A DNA stretch of 64,000 nucleotides, taken from contig NC_068983.1 of NCBI RefSeq assembly GCF_001194135.2, positions 107,967,490 to 108,031,489 of the forward strand, read 5' to 3'. The notes under the pieces were generated by a model. The model searched no databases. It was not told the DNA's origin and saw nothing but the letters and a program-made list of their open reading frames with translations. Source of the stretch: Octopus bimaculoides. Its lineage: Eukaryota. Below are positions 54,013-64,000 of this stretch, piece by piece. A program made the translations under genes and the position numbers. How positions within the stretch are numbered: position 1 is the first letter of the stretch; each line of letters begins with the position of its first letter.

Positions 54013-54280
54013 TAATATATATAACCATATGTGAAAATGATGTTATAAACAATAGCTATTAATATTTCAGGTAAGAATACCCACCAGATGTAAAAGAATT
54101 ACAGTGGTATTGCAGCCAACCAGATGTGCTGCATGATTTCCATAGATGACTCTATCCAATTCTTCTATCATTCACGAGCTATTTTACCTGTTACAAATTT
54201 TATCCATTATTCAAAGCCTCATTTGTTATTGAGATTCTTAAAGATGGTGTCCAATATTCTCATTGCTTCAAACAGACCAG

Positions 54281-54311
<31 letters not shown>

Positions 54312-54395
54312 CAATATCTATCTACCATCTATCTATTGAAATATATATACACACACACACACAGAAACACACACATCTATCTATCTATCCATCCA

Positions 54396-54454
<59 letters not shown>

Positions 54455-55688
54455 NNNNNNNNNNNNNNNNNNNNNNNNNNNNNNNNNNNNNNNNNNNNNN
54501 NNNNNNNNNNNNNNNNNNNNNNNNNNNNNNNNNNNNNNNNNNNNNNNNNNNNNNNNNNNNNNNNNNNNNNNNNNNNNNNNNNNNNNNNNNNNNNNNNNNN
54601 NNNNNNNNNNNNNNNNNNNNNNNNNNNNNNNNNNNNNNNNNNNNNNNNNNNNNNNNNNNNNNNNNNNNNNNNNNNNNNNNNNNNNNNNNNNNNNNNNNNN
54701 NNNNNNNNNNNNNNNNNNNNNNNNNNNNNNNNNNNNNNNNNNNNNNNNNNNNNNNNNNNNNNNNNNNNNNNNNNNNNNNNNNNNNNNNNNNNNNNNNNNN
54801 NNNNNNNNNNNNNNNNNNNNNNNNNNNNNNNNNNNNNNNNNNNNNNNNNNNNNNNNNNNNNNNNNNNNNNNNNNNNNNNNNNNNNNNNNNNNNNNNNNNN
54901 NNNNNNNNNNNNNNNNNNNNNNNNNNNNNNNNNNNNNNNNNNNNNNNNNNNNNNNNNNNNNNNNNNNNNNNNNNNNNNNNNNNNNNNNNNNNNNNNNNNN
55001 NNNNNNNNNNNNNNNNNNNNNNNNNNNNNNNNNNNNNNNNNNNNNNNNNNNNNNNNNNNNNNNNNNNNNNNNNNNNNNNNNNNNNNNNNNNNNNNNNNNN
55101 NNNNNNNNNNNNNNNNNNNNNNNNNNNNNNNNNNNNNNNNNNNNNNNNNNNNNNNNNNNNNNNNNNNNNNNNNNNNNNNNNNNNNNNNNNNNNNNNNNNN
55201 NNNNNNNNNNNNNNNNNNNNNNNNNNNNNNNNNNNNNNNNNNNNNNNNNNNNNNNNNNNNNNNNNNNNNNNNNNNNCTTCCTGTTTCTGTTGTGCCTGTA
55301 ATTCAAAGGGTCAGCCTTGTCACACTGTGTCACGCTGAATATCCCCGACAACTACGTTAAGGGTACACGTGTCTGTGGACTGCTCAGCCACTTGCACGTT
55401 AATTTCACGAGCAGGCTGTTCCGTTGATCGGATCAACTGGAACCCTCGACTTCGTAAGCGACGGAGTGCCAACAACAACAGATAATTGCCTGAGGTAATG
55501 CTGTTATAAGTAAGAAGAGGGACTAAAATTGTTGTTGCTGGATAGATTTATGGAATTAAAATTGCTGACGAAACTTGTAAAATTTTTACAGCATAAACAG
55601 CTTACCTCAACCCTATTTTTATTAATATGCTTATGTTGTTTATGATATCAGAAAATGGACAGAAATTAAATTTAAGAAATCTCTAGAG

Positions 55689-56140
55689 CAGAGCTTCTCA
55701 ATGTGGGTGATACAGCCCCCCAGGGGTGCTGGGCATATTGAAAAGGGTGATAGGCATTAGGGCAGAGGTTCTCAAACTTTTTGAGCCACCACCCCTTTAA
55801 TAGCCACATAATAGCCTCAGTGCCCCCATCCCTATTTTTATGTATAAATAAATATTCTATATTTTACTAATTTATATATAATATGAATCATTTGACATTT
55901 AATATAATACTATATAATTTGTATACAATACTATAATAATATTATAAATTCATAGCATCCCCCAATCAACTACATTCCTCCCAATGCCTCCTTTTTCTCT
56001 ATCCCCCCTCACCAACCCTTAGACACCAGCACCCACCTGGACCCTCTCAACGCCCACCAGAGGATGGTAGCACCCACTTTGAGAACCTATGCTTTAGGGG
56101 ATGGCGATAAGGAGAAGAAGGGTGGGTGGGGTGAGGTAAC
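55689..56140. mobile_element. hAT (Charlie-like) MITE at 55763-56091 nested inside another hAT-like end
   Basis: Inner TIRs CAGAGGTTCTCAAA / TTTGAGAACCTATG with an 8-bp TSD cattaggg/ctttaggg. The outer end CAGAGCTTCTCAA starts at 55689 after ctctagag. Confidence 0.75.
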
Positions 56141-57789
56141 AGAATCAGCATATTAAATTTTACCTATAGTAGTAATTATGTTAAACATGACAAAACTAGT
56201 AATGATTATTAGAATGAAATGAGATCTCATCAGGCACAGAGAAGTCATTAACTTTTGTCTTCATTAATTTGCTAAATATCTAGCTAACTAACCAATCATT
56301 TGTTTAATGGATTGGTTAAACAACCAATTAGTTGTTTGTTAGTGAAAGTCTTTTTATTGCTATTCGTAACCTATTCAGTGACATACCCTTTCTCTCTCTC
56401 ATTACACTGAATAAGTCCAAGATATGATCTTCAGTGCAGTTAACATCCATTAAATGCTTACATATTGGTCATCAGTATGCTGATATTTTATCGTTATATC
56501 ATTGATGACAAATATGTAATTATGATTCACACTAAATAATAATTGTAAGTAATGTTATAGTAGATTCTACATAAAAAAAAAAGTACTAGGGTTGATTTAT
56601 TGAACTAAAAATTCCTCAAAGTGGTGCCCCAGCATGGCTGCAGGCTAATGATTGTAGCTGATTAAAGATAAAAGATAAATGACACAATTCCAAATACATC
56701 TAGTAATTGCCTAAACTTATAAAGCTTAGAAAATAGACCCACATGTCACCTTACGCAATGTTCACAAGTAAAAAAATAAAGATATATCAGATTTTAACTT
56801 GTATATAGTATACTGCAATATTTCTGCTTATAAACAAGTACTTTAAAAAATAAACTTAGCCCAGCAACATTTAATTATCAATAAATATTTTTTTTATCTT
56901 CAATATATTCTATTAGTTCGCAAGCATTCAATTCTTCTGAACTTTAAACTGCCTAGTAAAGCAGTTTAAAGTACAAAGTAAATGATTTAAGGATTACTAC
57001 TTTCTCTATCTAAGATAATTTAATCAGGCATACAGAGGCTGCAAAAAATTAGATACAAATTAAAAAGATGCAATAATTAATGATGATATATTCTACATAA
57101 ATGGATTTTAAGTGAAATATAGTCTAGTAAATAGTAAAACAAAGGATCTGAACTTTGAAATATATTTTATAGATTATCTACATCAAAAACAGAAATTTTG
57201 CAGTATAATATATTATTTCTGGTATCAGTTTGAACAGAACAAAAGCGCACGCAAAATAAATAAATAAAATAAATAGGTAGTTTTATTTAATCCTCCACCC
57301 ACACAAAAAAAAAACTGGTTTTTATTTATTAATTATAAAATTTTAAGACCCGTTCACTATTCTACCACAAAATTGATTTTTATGAACTAATTATTAATGT
57401 ATAACAGGATACTTATATTAGACTAAAGCATTATTTGATACAAGAATGAAAACTAAAAGACAAAGAAAAATGCATTTTAGAAATTGCTTAAGATAGGCTT
57501 TATAATTTCAAAAAACTAAAGAAATCTTCATCTAGTTACATGTGAGCCATAAGTCTTCCAGCCATCTTACTGTGAGACATGTAATCACAGAATTGAGATT
57601 CAATTTTAAAGATTAAAATGCATAAGGCAAATAATATATCAATGAACTCTAATGTTTACTTTTTAGTAAAGAACAGATCTAAAATCAAACTATCTTAAAA
57701 AGTTACATAAAAGATGTAAGCTTTTAAGAAGAAAAACCAAAAAGACAGTAATAATATCATAAGATCACATATTGCACACCTAGTAGCCT

Positions 57790-58720
57790 TCACATGTCCC
57801 CTGCTTTCACCGCACATGTTCCACTAGTGTGTAGCATAACTGTCCATATCGACAAATGCTAAGTACAAATGCTGGTTTATTTTTCACTAAATGATTCTTT
57901 TGCAGATGTCTTACTAGGAAGATAGTGTCAGTAGTACTTCTCCCAAGTACAAAACCAAATTGCATCTAGGTTAAATCGTTTACTCATTAGCTGAGCTTTG
58001 ATTCTTTCTCTTACTTTCATAACCTGGTCCAGAAATTTGATACCCCTGTAATTACTTCTGTCTCAGGCATCTCTTTTACATTTGTAGCAGTTGACCATAA
58101 TGCTACTATACCAGTCGTTGGGTATGACTGCTTCCTGGACAACCTGATTAATTGTACAGGTTACTTGGCCATACCCCACTCTGCAAGAAGCATTAAGCAT
58201 TTTGGCAGTAATTCCTGATAGGTTAGGAGCTTTTACTACCTTAAACTTAATTGCTTAATCTATTATGCTGCTGGCAACTTGAAGAGATGACCCATCTGTT
58301 AGGTCCATATTAAGAAAACTCTCCTTCTCCCATATATTCTTCATAGTAGCCTTTCATAGTGGCTCTTCCATGCCTCTTTCTTTGTAGAATCACAAAATAC
58401 AAGCATACCATCATCAATTCAAACATACTTCTCTCCAAAAATATGATTTTCTTTGGCACACTGTCTTGCAATCTGCAATACATCATGGTTCTGATCCCTA
58501 CACTGTGAAGCATTGGCAAATTTTTTTCATTTCTGCTCCTCCCCTAGCTAAATATAACTGTTGTATGCTTTTCTACCTATCTAATAAAGTTCTCTGTTCC
58601 CCACTCTTTTAGACCTTCCAGGCTTGATTCTTTGCTCTTATGGTTGAGTCTACTTCATTTTTCTACCACCATGTCACCATGTCTTTAAAAGGGATTTTAG
58701 TCCTATGATTAGCATCTTTT
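57790..58720 (-). mobile_element. RTE-clade LINE remnant (linker plus N-terminal RT motifs)
   Basis: LQIARQCAKENHIFGEK..KKEAWKSHYERLL, KAPNLSGITAKML..VIPNDWYSSIMVNCYKCKRDA*DRSNYRGIKFLDQVMKV and QFGFVLGRSTTDTIFLVRHLQ. Confidence 0.9.
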
Positions 58721-60789
58721 CATGCATTCTGATAGTTCAGCTTCTTTCATTATCCAACCAGAATTATGAGGTTTCAGTTCTAAAGTTATGAGAAAAGATT
58801 GTATTAAGATTCGCTACATCAAAAGATACAATCAGAGTTTTTCATTGAGTGGTTTTGGAAGGTGAACTTTCAAAACTGCCATCATAAGCGATTAATTTAA
58901 TTTGATTCCCTTTAATTTCTCTTTTCTTCTTGCAAGATAAAATTATCCTAAACAATTAAAACCACTAGCATATTTTTGTAAAAACGTAAATATTTTCTTT
59001 TTACTTATTAATGATAAAGCTCTTTTCATGTCACCAACGCTCACTTATCTCCAAGCAAGGTAATATTACCCATGACTAGACACATTTACCATGGAAGACT
59101 CAAAGCAAACAACATTGCTTTTCTGACAGTGGTGCTTGTTTACAACCACCATGTGAAGTGAAGACAAGGATATACACAAATATAAACACACCACACACAC
59201 ATGCACATTTATGACAGGCTTCTTTCAGTTTCCCTCTCTCAAATCCACTCACAAGGCTTTGGTCAACCTGAGTCTGTATTAGAAGACACTTGTCCAGAAT
59301 GATGCACAATGGGATTGAAATTAAGATTTCAAGGTTTGGAAGCAAATTTCTTAACCACACTCACACACACATAAATAAACCTAAATTCTTACATCTGCAA
59401 CTAGTTCTTCTAAATGGTGCAAGCAAAAGATTAGATATTACTATCACTATTACAATGATACAATGTCTATCTTTCACACAGCTTCAATAAATGGTAAATT
59501 CAAAAGAAATTGTTCACACACAACTGTATCAGTTTATTTTAGTATGCTAATGATCATAATAATAATAACAACAACAAAACCCAGATTCTTTTGTAATAAA
59601 TGAGAGCTGTTTAAAACAAAATGTCAACTGGTGCCTAACAAAGAAAAACGATATTTCAATATTTCTGATAGTATGATCATCATTGATATTAAAGTCTACA
59701 ACATTTGTAACAGCTAAACAAGTCTACACCAAGTGACTCTTGACAGGTTACAAGTTAGAAGAGTTTGCAAAGTAATATGAATACTGGATGAATGGAGCAA
59801 GATAATATTATCAATAAAGTAATAAAGTAATGCATGAGACTGAATAATAGAACGATAAACAAAGGATGTTGGCAGTGAAAGCAACAAATGAAATAAAAAC
59901 AAAAGAAATAGATACAACATAAAAAAAACCTATTGCATTTAATAAAATGGTCAATGGTATATAGGAAGCAAACCCCCCCCCAAAAAAACAAACAAACTAA
60001 TAAAAAAGCTGTAATGGAGCTAGTTTCTCATCATCTGGGACAGTATCATTCTACCCTTTTCAGTGGCATGCCACTTTGAGATCTGTTTAATATTCTGCAG
60101 TCCACCCTTGGTTGAATAATATCAAAGATAATCACAATTCAGAGCTTATATACACCAACAGAACCATTGATTTAGACTAAGTTAATATATGCACAACAGC
60201 AGTATAGTTGACAGAAATAGCTTTCACTAAGCCTTTTTTTTTTCAGTAGGTTTATCACATTATTCCAAGGAAAATTAACACCATACTCTTTACATTTTCC
60301 ATACATGTCTCAGAATGCAGCTATTTTACAAAAGCTGTACTTACTTATTCTGTTAATTCTTGCTTGTTCTGATTTTCCTAAAATTATAATCTGTGTGTTT
60401 TAGCAGGAATAAATACACACAATATTTTATTTTATATTATATCAAATGTTGAGATTAGTGCTGACAAGATTAAAATTGTTACTCTCATACAAGTCACAAA
60501 AGTTTATTTCACTTATAGCTTGAAGAAAATAAATAAATGAATGAATAAATAAATAAAATAAACAAAATCATGATTTTGCCAACAGAAATGCATCTAATGA
60601 TATATTTATGCCAGACACATTTTAACCAAAGCAAGTGCATTGTCATCAGCAATAAAAACAGATCCACAATTATCTCTAATTTTCATTATATAAAATTACC
60701 CTTTGAATTGACTGTGTTTGGACCAGCTAGTATTTACGCAGAAAATAATGTCATCTGTTTTAATAAATAAAATTAACAATATACCACAG

Positions 60790-60861
60790 GTCTACATCAG
60801 TGAAGTGAATATAAAAGATGTCTTAGTTACAAACCCTTATATTACTGCAAGTAATGCACAA
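60790..60861 (+). CDS. candidate 72-nt phase-0 exon, product unknown (VYISEVNIKDVLVTNPYITASNAQ)
   Basis: Acceptor ataccacag|G and donor CAA|gtaggc (alternative CAA|gtaatg at 60850). Open frame. Confidence 0.25.
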
Positions 60862-62134
60862 GTAGGCTGCATGTTTTATAAATATTTATGTTATGTTTAT
60901 TAGGCCATTGTATTTCATAATGAATTAAGAGGAATAATGTAGCAATATTGATTTCTTTCTTGGATACAGAAGCCTTTTTGTTTGTTTTGTTTGACCAGCT
61001 TAATGACTAAAGATTTAAATACACATATTTTATCAAATCTGGAAGAATAACACAATCTCTCTATAGGATTTGGAATCAGAGTCATGAGAAAAAAACTGAA
61101 TAAGAGATTTTCTTAAAGCTAGTAAGTCTATTGATAATCTGTGAAAAGTTGACAATGCTAATATGGTAAAATAATATCAAACTTCACAGAACGGACTGCA
61201 CTGTTTTCAGAAATAATTTTGGAGATGAATATTTCTCATATAAGAGAAAGTGGTCAAAATATACAATTATTCCTGAGCAATTTTTTTCTTGGAAGGTAAA
61301 GTAAAATTAGAATTTGTAGCTTATGGTAGTTAAAAAATAGCAGAGATAATTATGTAATAGATTTGTGATATTTTTTCTTAAATACTGGCACATCTTACAC
61401 ATGCACTATGCAAAGAAATCATTAATACACATGTACCAGTCTGTTTATACACATACACTTTATATGTTTAAATAGTAGATAGAAACCTGTGTAGAGCTAG
61501 CTTATGTCCAAACAAACAGTCTTCTCACCATTTCACCTATTACATACATGCAAATTCAATTGATTAACTTCTAATGTTTCTGGCAGAAGATCTTTCATAA
61601 CTAACTTAGTACTGATTGTCCCCCAAGATTATTTGAATAATTTAAGCCTTTATAATGCCTTTATAATTCCCCAAAAATCTCTCTTGATTTAACTTTGTAC
61701 ATGATAGTAATACAAATTAAATGGTTTAACTACAACTGTTACTACAAAGGATTATTTTGTTGCTGTTGTTGTTTACAATGAATTTTATGTGTGACATAGC
61801 AACAGATAAAAATTTGGGTTTTACCATGTTTTGCACAGGATAGGAAAAGCTATTGTTTTCTGCTTTTAGTTTATTTTTGCTAATATATTACTTGGGAGGC
61901 ATTTTAGTGTCCACTCCTTGACATTAGAAGGAAATTTAATATATTTTTCAAACATGGTTACTCAAAATTAAATATAGCTTCCTCTTAAGGAACTGAGACT
62001 TACAAACAGGAAAGCAACAGATACATTCTTAAAAAGTTTGAAGAACTTTTTGAAAATTTTGCAAACAGAAATATATCGTTATACAAAACATGATTTGTAT
62101 GGATGAATGGACTCTCTGGTAAAAACGACAAATT

Positions 62135-62144
62135 ATTATTATTA

Positions 62145-62181
<37 letters not shown>

Positions 62182-62645
62182 TGAGTGACAGAGCAATGCA
62201 TTCCACCAAAGTGACACTGGGGTACAAATATACAAAGCCCAATATACCCATCATGACTAACTGTCTGATAAGGGTACACCAGACACATGCATCACAACCA
62301 TATGTGCACAACATGGTAACCTTGTAAAGCAGTGCATGACCTTGCAGGTGAGGCCCAGTTAGAATTTTCTTCAAGTAGCCAATCCTGCTCAAAAGGTCCC
62401 TGAATAAGAGTTGTTTAAGGGTGTTGAACGAAACACCCATGTTTCCAGAGGTGAATTATTCAATTCCTCTCAACACATGGCTATGATGCTCCTCCACTAT
62501 TCCTGCATATGATCAGAGATGCACATATTGTCTTCCACCAAAGGAACATGCTCAAGTTGTTGAGGTCAAACAACTGACAGGCAAATCTGTGGTATTGAGC
62601 AGAATATTTGCTGTAACCCATCTTTCATACCTAGACAAAATATGT
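62135..62645 (-). mobile_element. (TAA)n-tailed retroposon family F
   Basis: A GC-richer unit of about 470 bp ending in (taa)n on the minus strand. A truncated second copy lies at about 63205-63258. Confidence 0.65.
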
Positions 62646-62715
62646 ACATTATAGCATTTCTAATCGGTTAAGATTAGAAGCCATGAGAACCAATGCATAG
62701 TATTGCACCAAGGCA

Positions 62716-62760
<45 letters not shown>

Positions 62761-62782
62761 AGGCAAACTTATTGTTATTATT

Positions 62783-63615
62783 ATAAAGCAACAAACTGGC
62801 AGGATCTTTAAAACATTGGACACAATGCCTTGAGGTATTAATTCTAACTCTTTAAGCTCTGAATTCAAATCCTATCTGAGTCAATACTGCCTTTCATCTC
62901 TCAGGGGTCAATAAGACAAAGTATCCATTAAATATTGGAGTCGATGATAGTGACTAAATCCCTCCTTTCAAAATTGTTGGTCTTGAACATAAATCAGAAC
63001 TAATTATTGTTGTTGTTATTATTAACTCCGAGTTCAAATTCTGCCAAGGTTGACTTTGCTTTTCATCCTTTTGGGGTCGATAAATTAACTACCAGTGATA
63101 CACTGGGATCGATATAATCAACTAGTCCCCTCGTCATAAATTTCAGGTCTTGTGCATTTAGTAAAAGGGATTATTATTATCATTAATTATTATTATTACT
63201 ACTTTTACTGAGAGAGAGCAGTGCATACCATCAAAGTGACACAAGTCCAAATACCCATCATCATCATCATCATCATTATTATTATCATTATTATTTTATT
63301 TATAAGGCAGAAAGCTTGCAGAATTGTTAGTGTCAGACAAAATGTTTTGTGGCATTTCTTTTGGTTCTTTATGTTCTGAGGTCAATTTTGCTTTTCATCC
63401 TTTTGGGGTCGATGAAATAAGTAGCAGTTGAACACTGGAATCGATGTAATTGACTCATCCTCTCCCGCAAAAATGTTGCCCTCATGGCAAAATTTGAAAC
63501 CATGATTATTATTATTGCTATTATTAATGCTTTCCAGCATTTGTTCGATCACTTTACATCATGAGTTCAAATTCCACCAGAGTTAGCTTTGCTTTCTATC
63601 GTTTTTTAGTTGATA
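62783..63615 (+). mobile_element. stack of four head-to-tail family D SINEs separated by (ATT)n
   Basis: Copies at about 62783-63000, 63025-63175, 63300-63505 and 63530-63615, each with a variant of ttcaaattc/gctttcatcc..ggggtc.at. The first three end in (att)n. Confidence 0.75.
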
Positions 63616-64000
63616 GAAAAGCAGTCAAAAACATAGCTGATGGTATCAACTAACCCTTTCCTTTAGAACTGCTGGCCTTGTGCCTACATAAGAAACTGTT
63701 ACTATTATCATCATTGTTGTTATTATTTTTAATAGAAGTAGAGCTTTTAGAGGTAGTAGTAGCAGCAGCAGTATTTAAATGAAAACACAGATAACAAGAA
63801 TTGGCACACAGGGCTCCATCAGTATATTTACTTAGGCCCAGTACACACTTTATTAGAAAACCTACTGTTGTCAGAAATTCAACCATTAAACCAGCTTCAA
63901 AGCAATCAACAAAGCTAAAAAAACAAAGAGATTAAATAAAAGATTACAGGAACAAAGCAAAGATCAGCAAGAAGCAGTAGATTAGCTACATTCCAGTATA

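Larger units (their letters stand above)
1..64000. repeat. dense (AT)n, (CA)n, (TATC)n, (TATG)n, (GA)n, (CAT)n and (TAA)n microsatellites; 10 assembly gaps
   Basis: Gaps at 3839-3994, 15563-15657, 21837-22207, 31873-32175, 32455-32464, 37470-38443, 42584-42593, 47501-47964, 50301-50310 and 54455-55277. Confidence 0.98.

Noticed and set aside
3689-55360. Long ORFs in the track containing X runs or YIYI/HTHT/CVCV repeats
   Set aside because: They are translations of N gaps and dinucleotide microsatellites, not genes.

Overview
This is eukaryotic, AT-rich, repeat-dense scaffold sequence with 10 N-gaps (3,216 N, about 5%), several of them abutting (AT)n-type microsatellites. The SINE families match what I recall from Octopus genomes, so the organism call is an inference. 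I could not recognise any complete host protein-coding gene, rRNA, tRNA gene or CRISPR array. Most ORFs in the supplied track are microsatellite or N-run artefacts. The supportable content is a set of transposon remnants: mariner, maT-like and Tc1 (DD36E spacing) DNA transposons, foldback MITEs, a nested hAT MITE, R4/Dong/Rex6-clade and CRE-like RLE non-LTR elements, two Penelope-like elements, an RTE LINE and at least five SINE-like families. The best leads are (1) a minimal type-I hammerhead-ribozyme-like fold with a non-canonical core lying directly upstream of a Penelope RT/GIY-YIG remnant, (2) three isolated pre-miRNA-sized hairpins outside recognisable repeats, (3) repeated use of (TAA)n/(ATT)n microsatellites as landing sites by several retroposon families, and (4) a few unassigned splice-site-bounded exon candidates. 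SINE boundaries are approximate.
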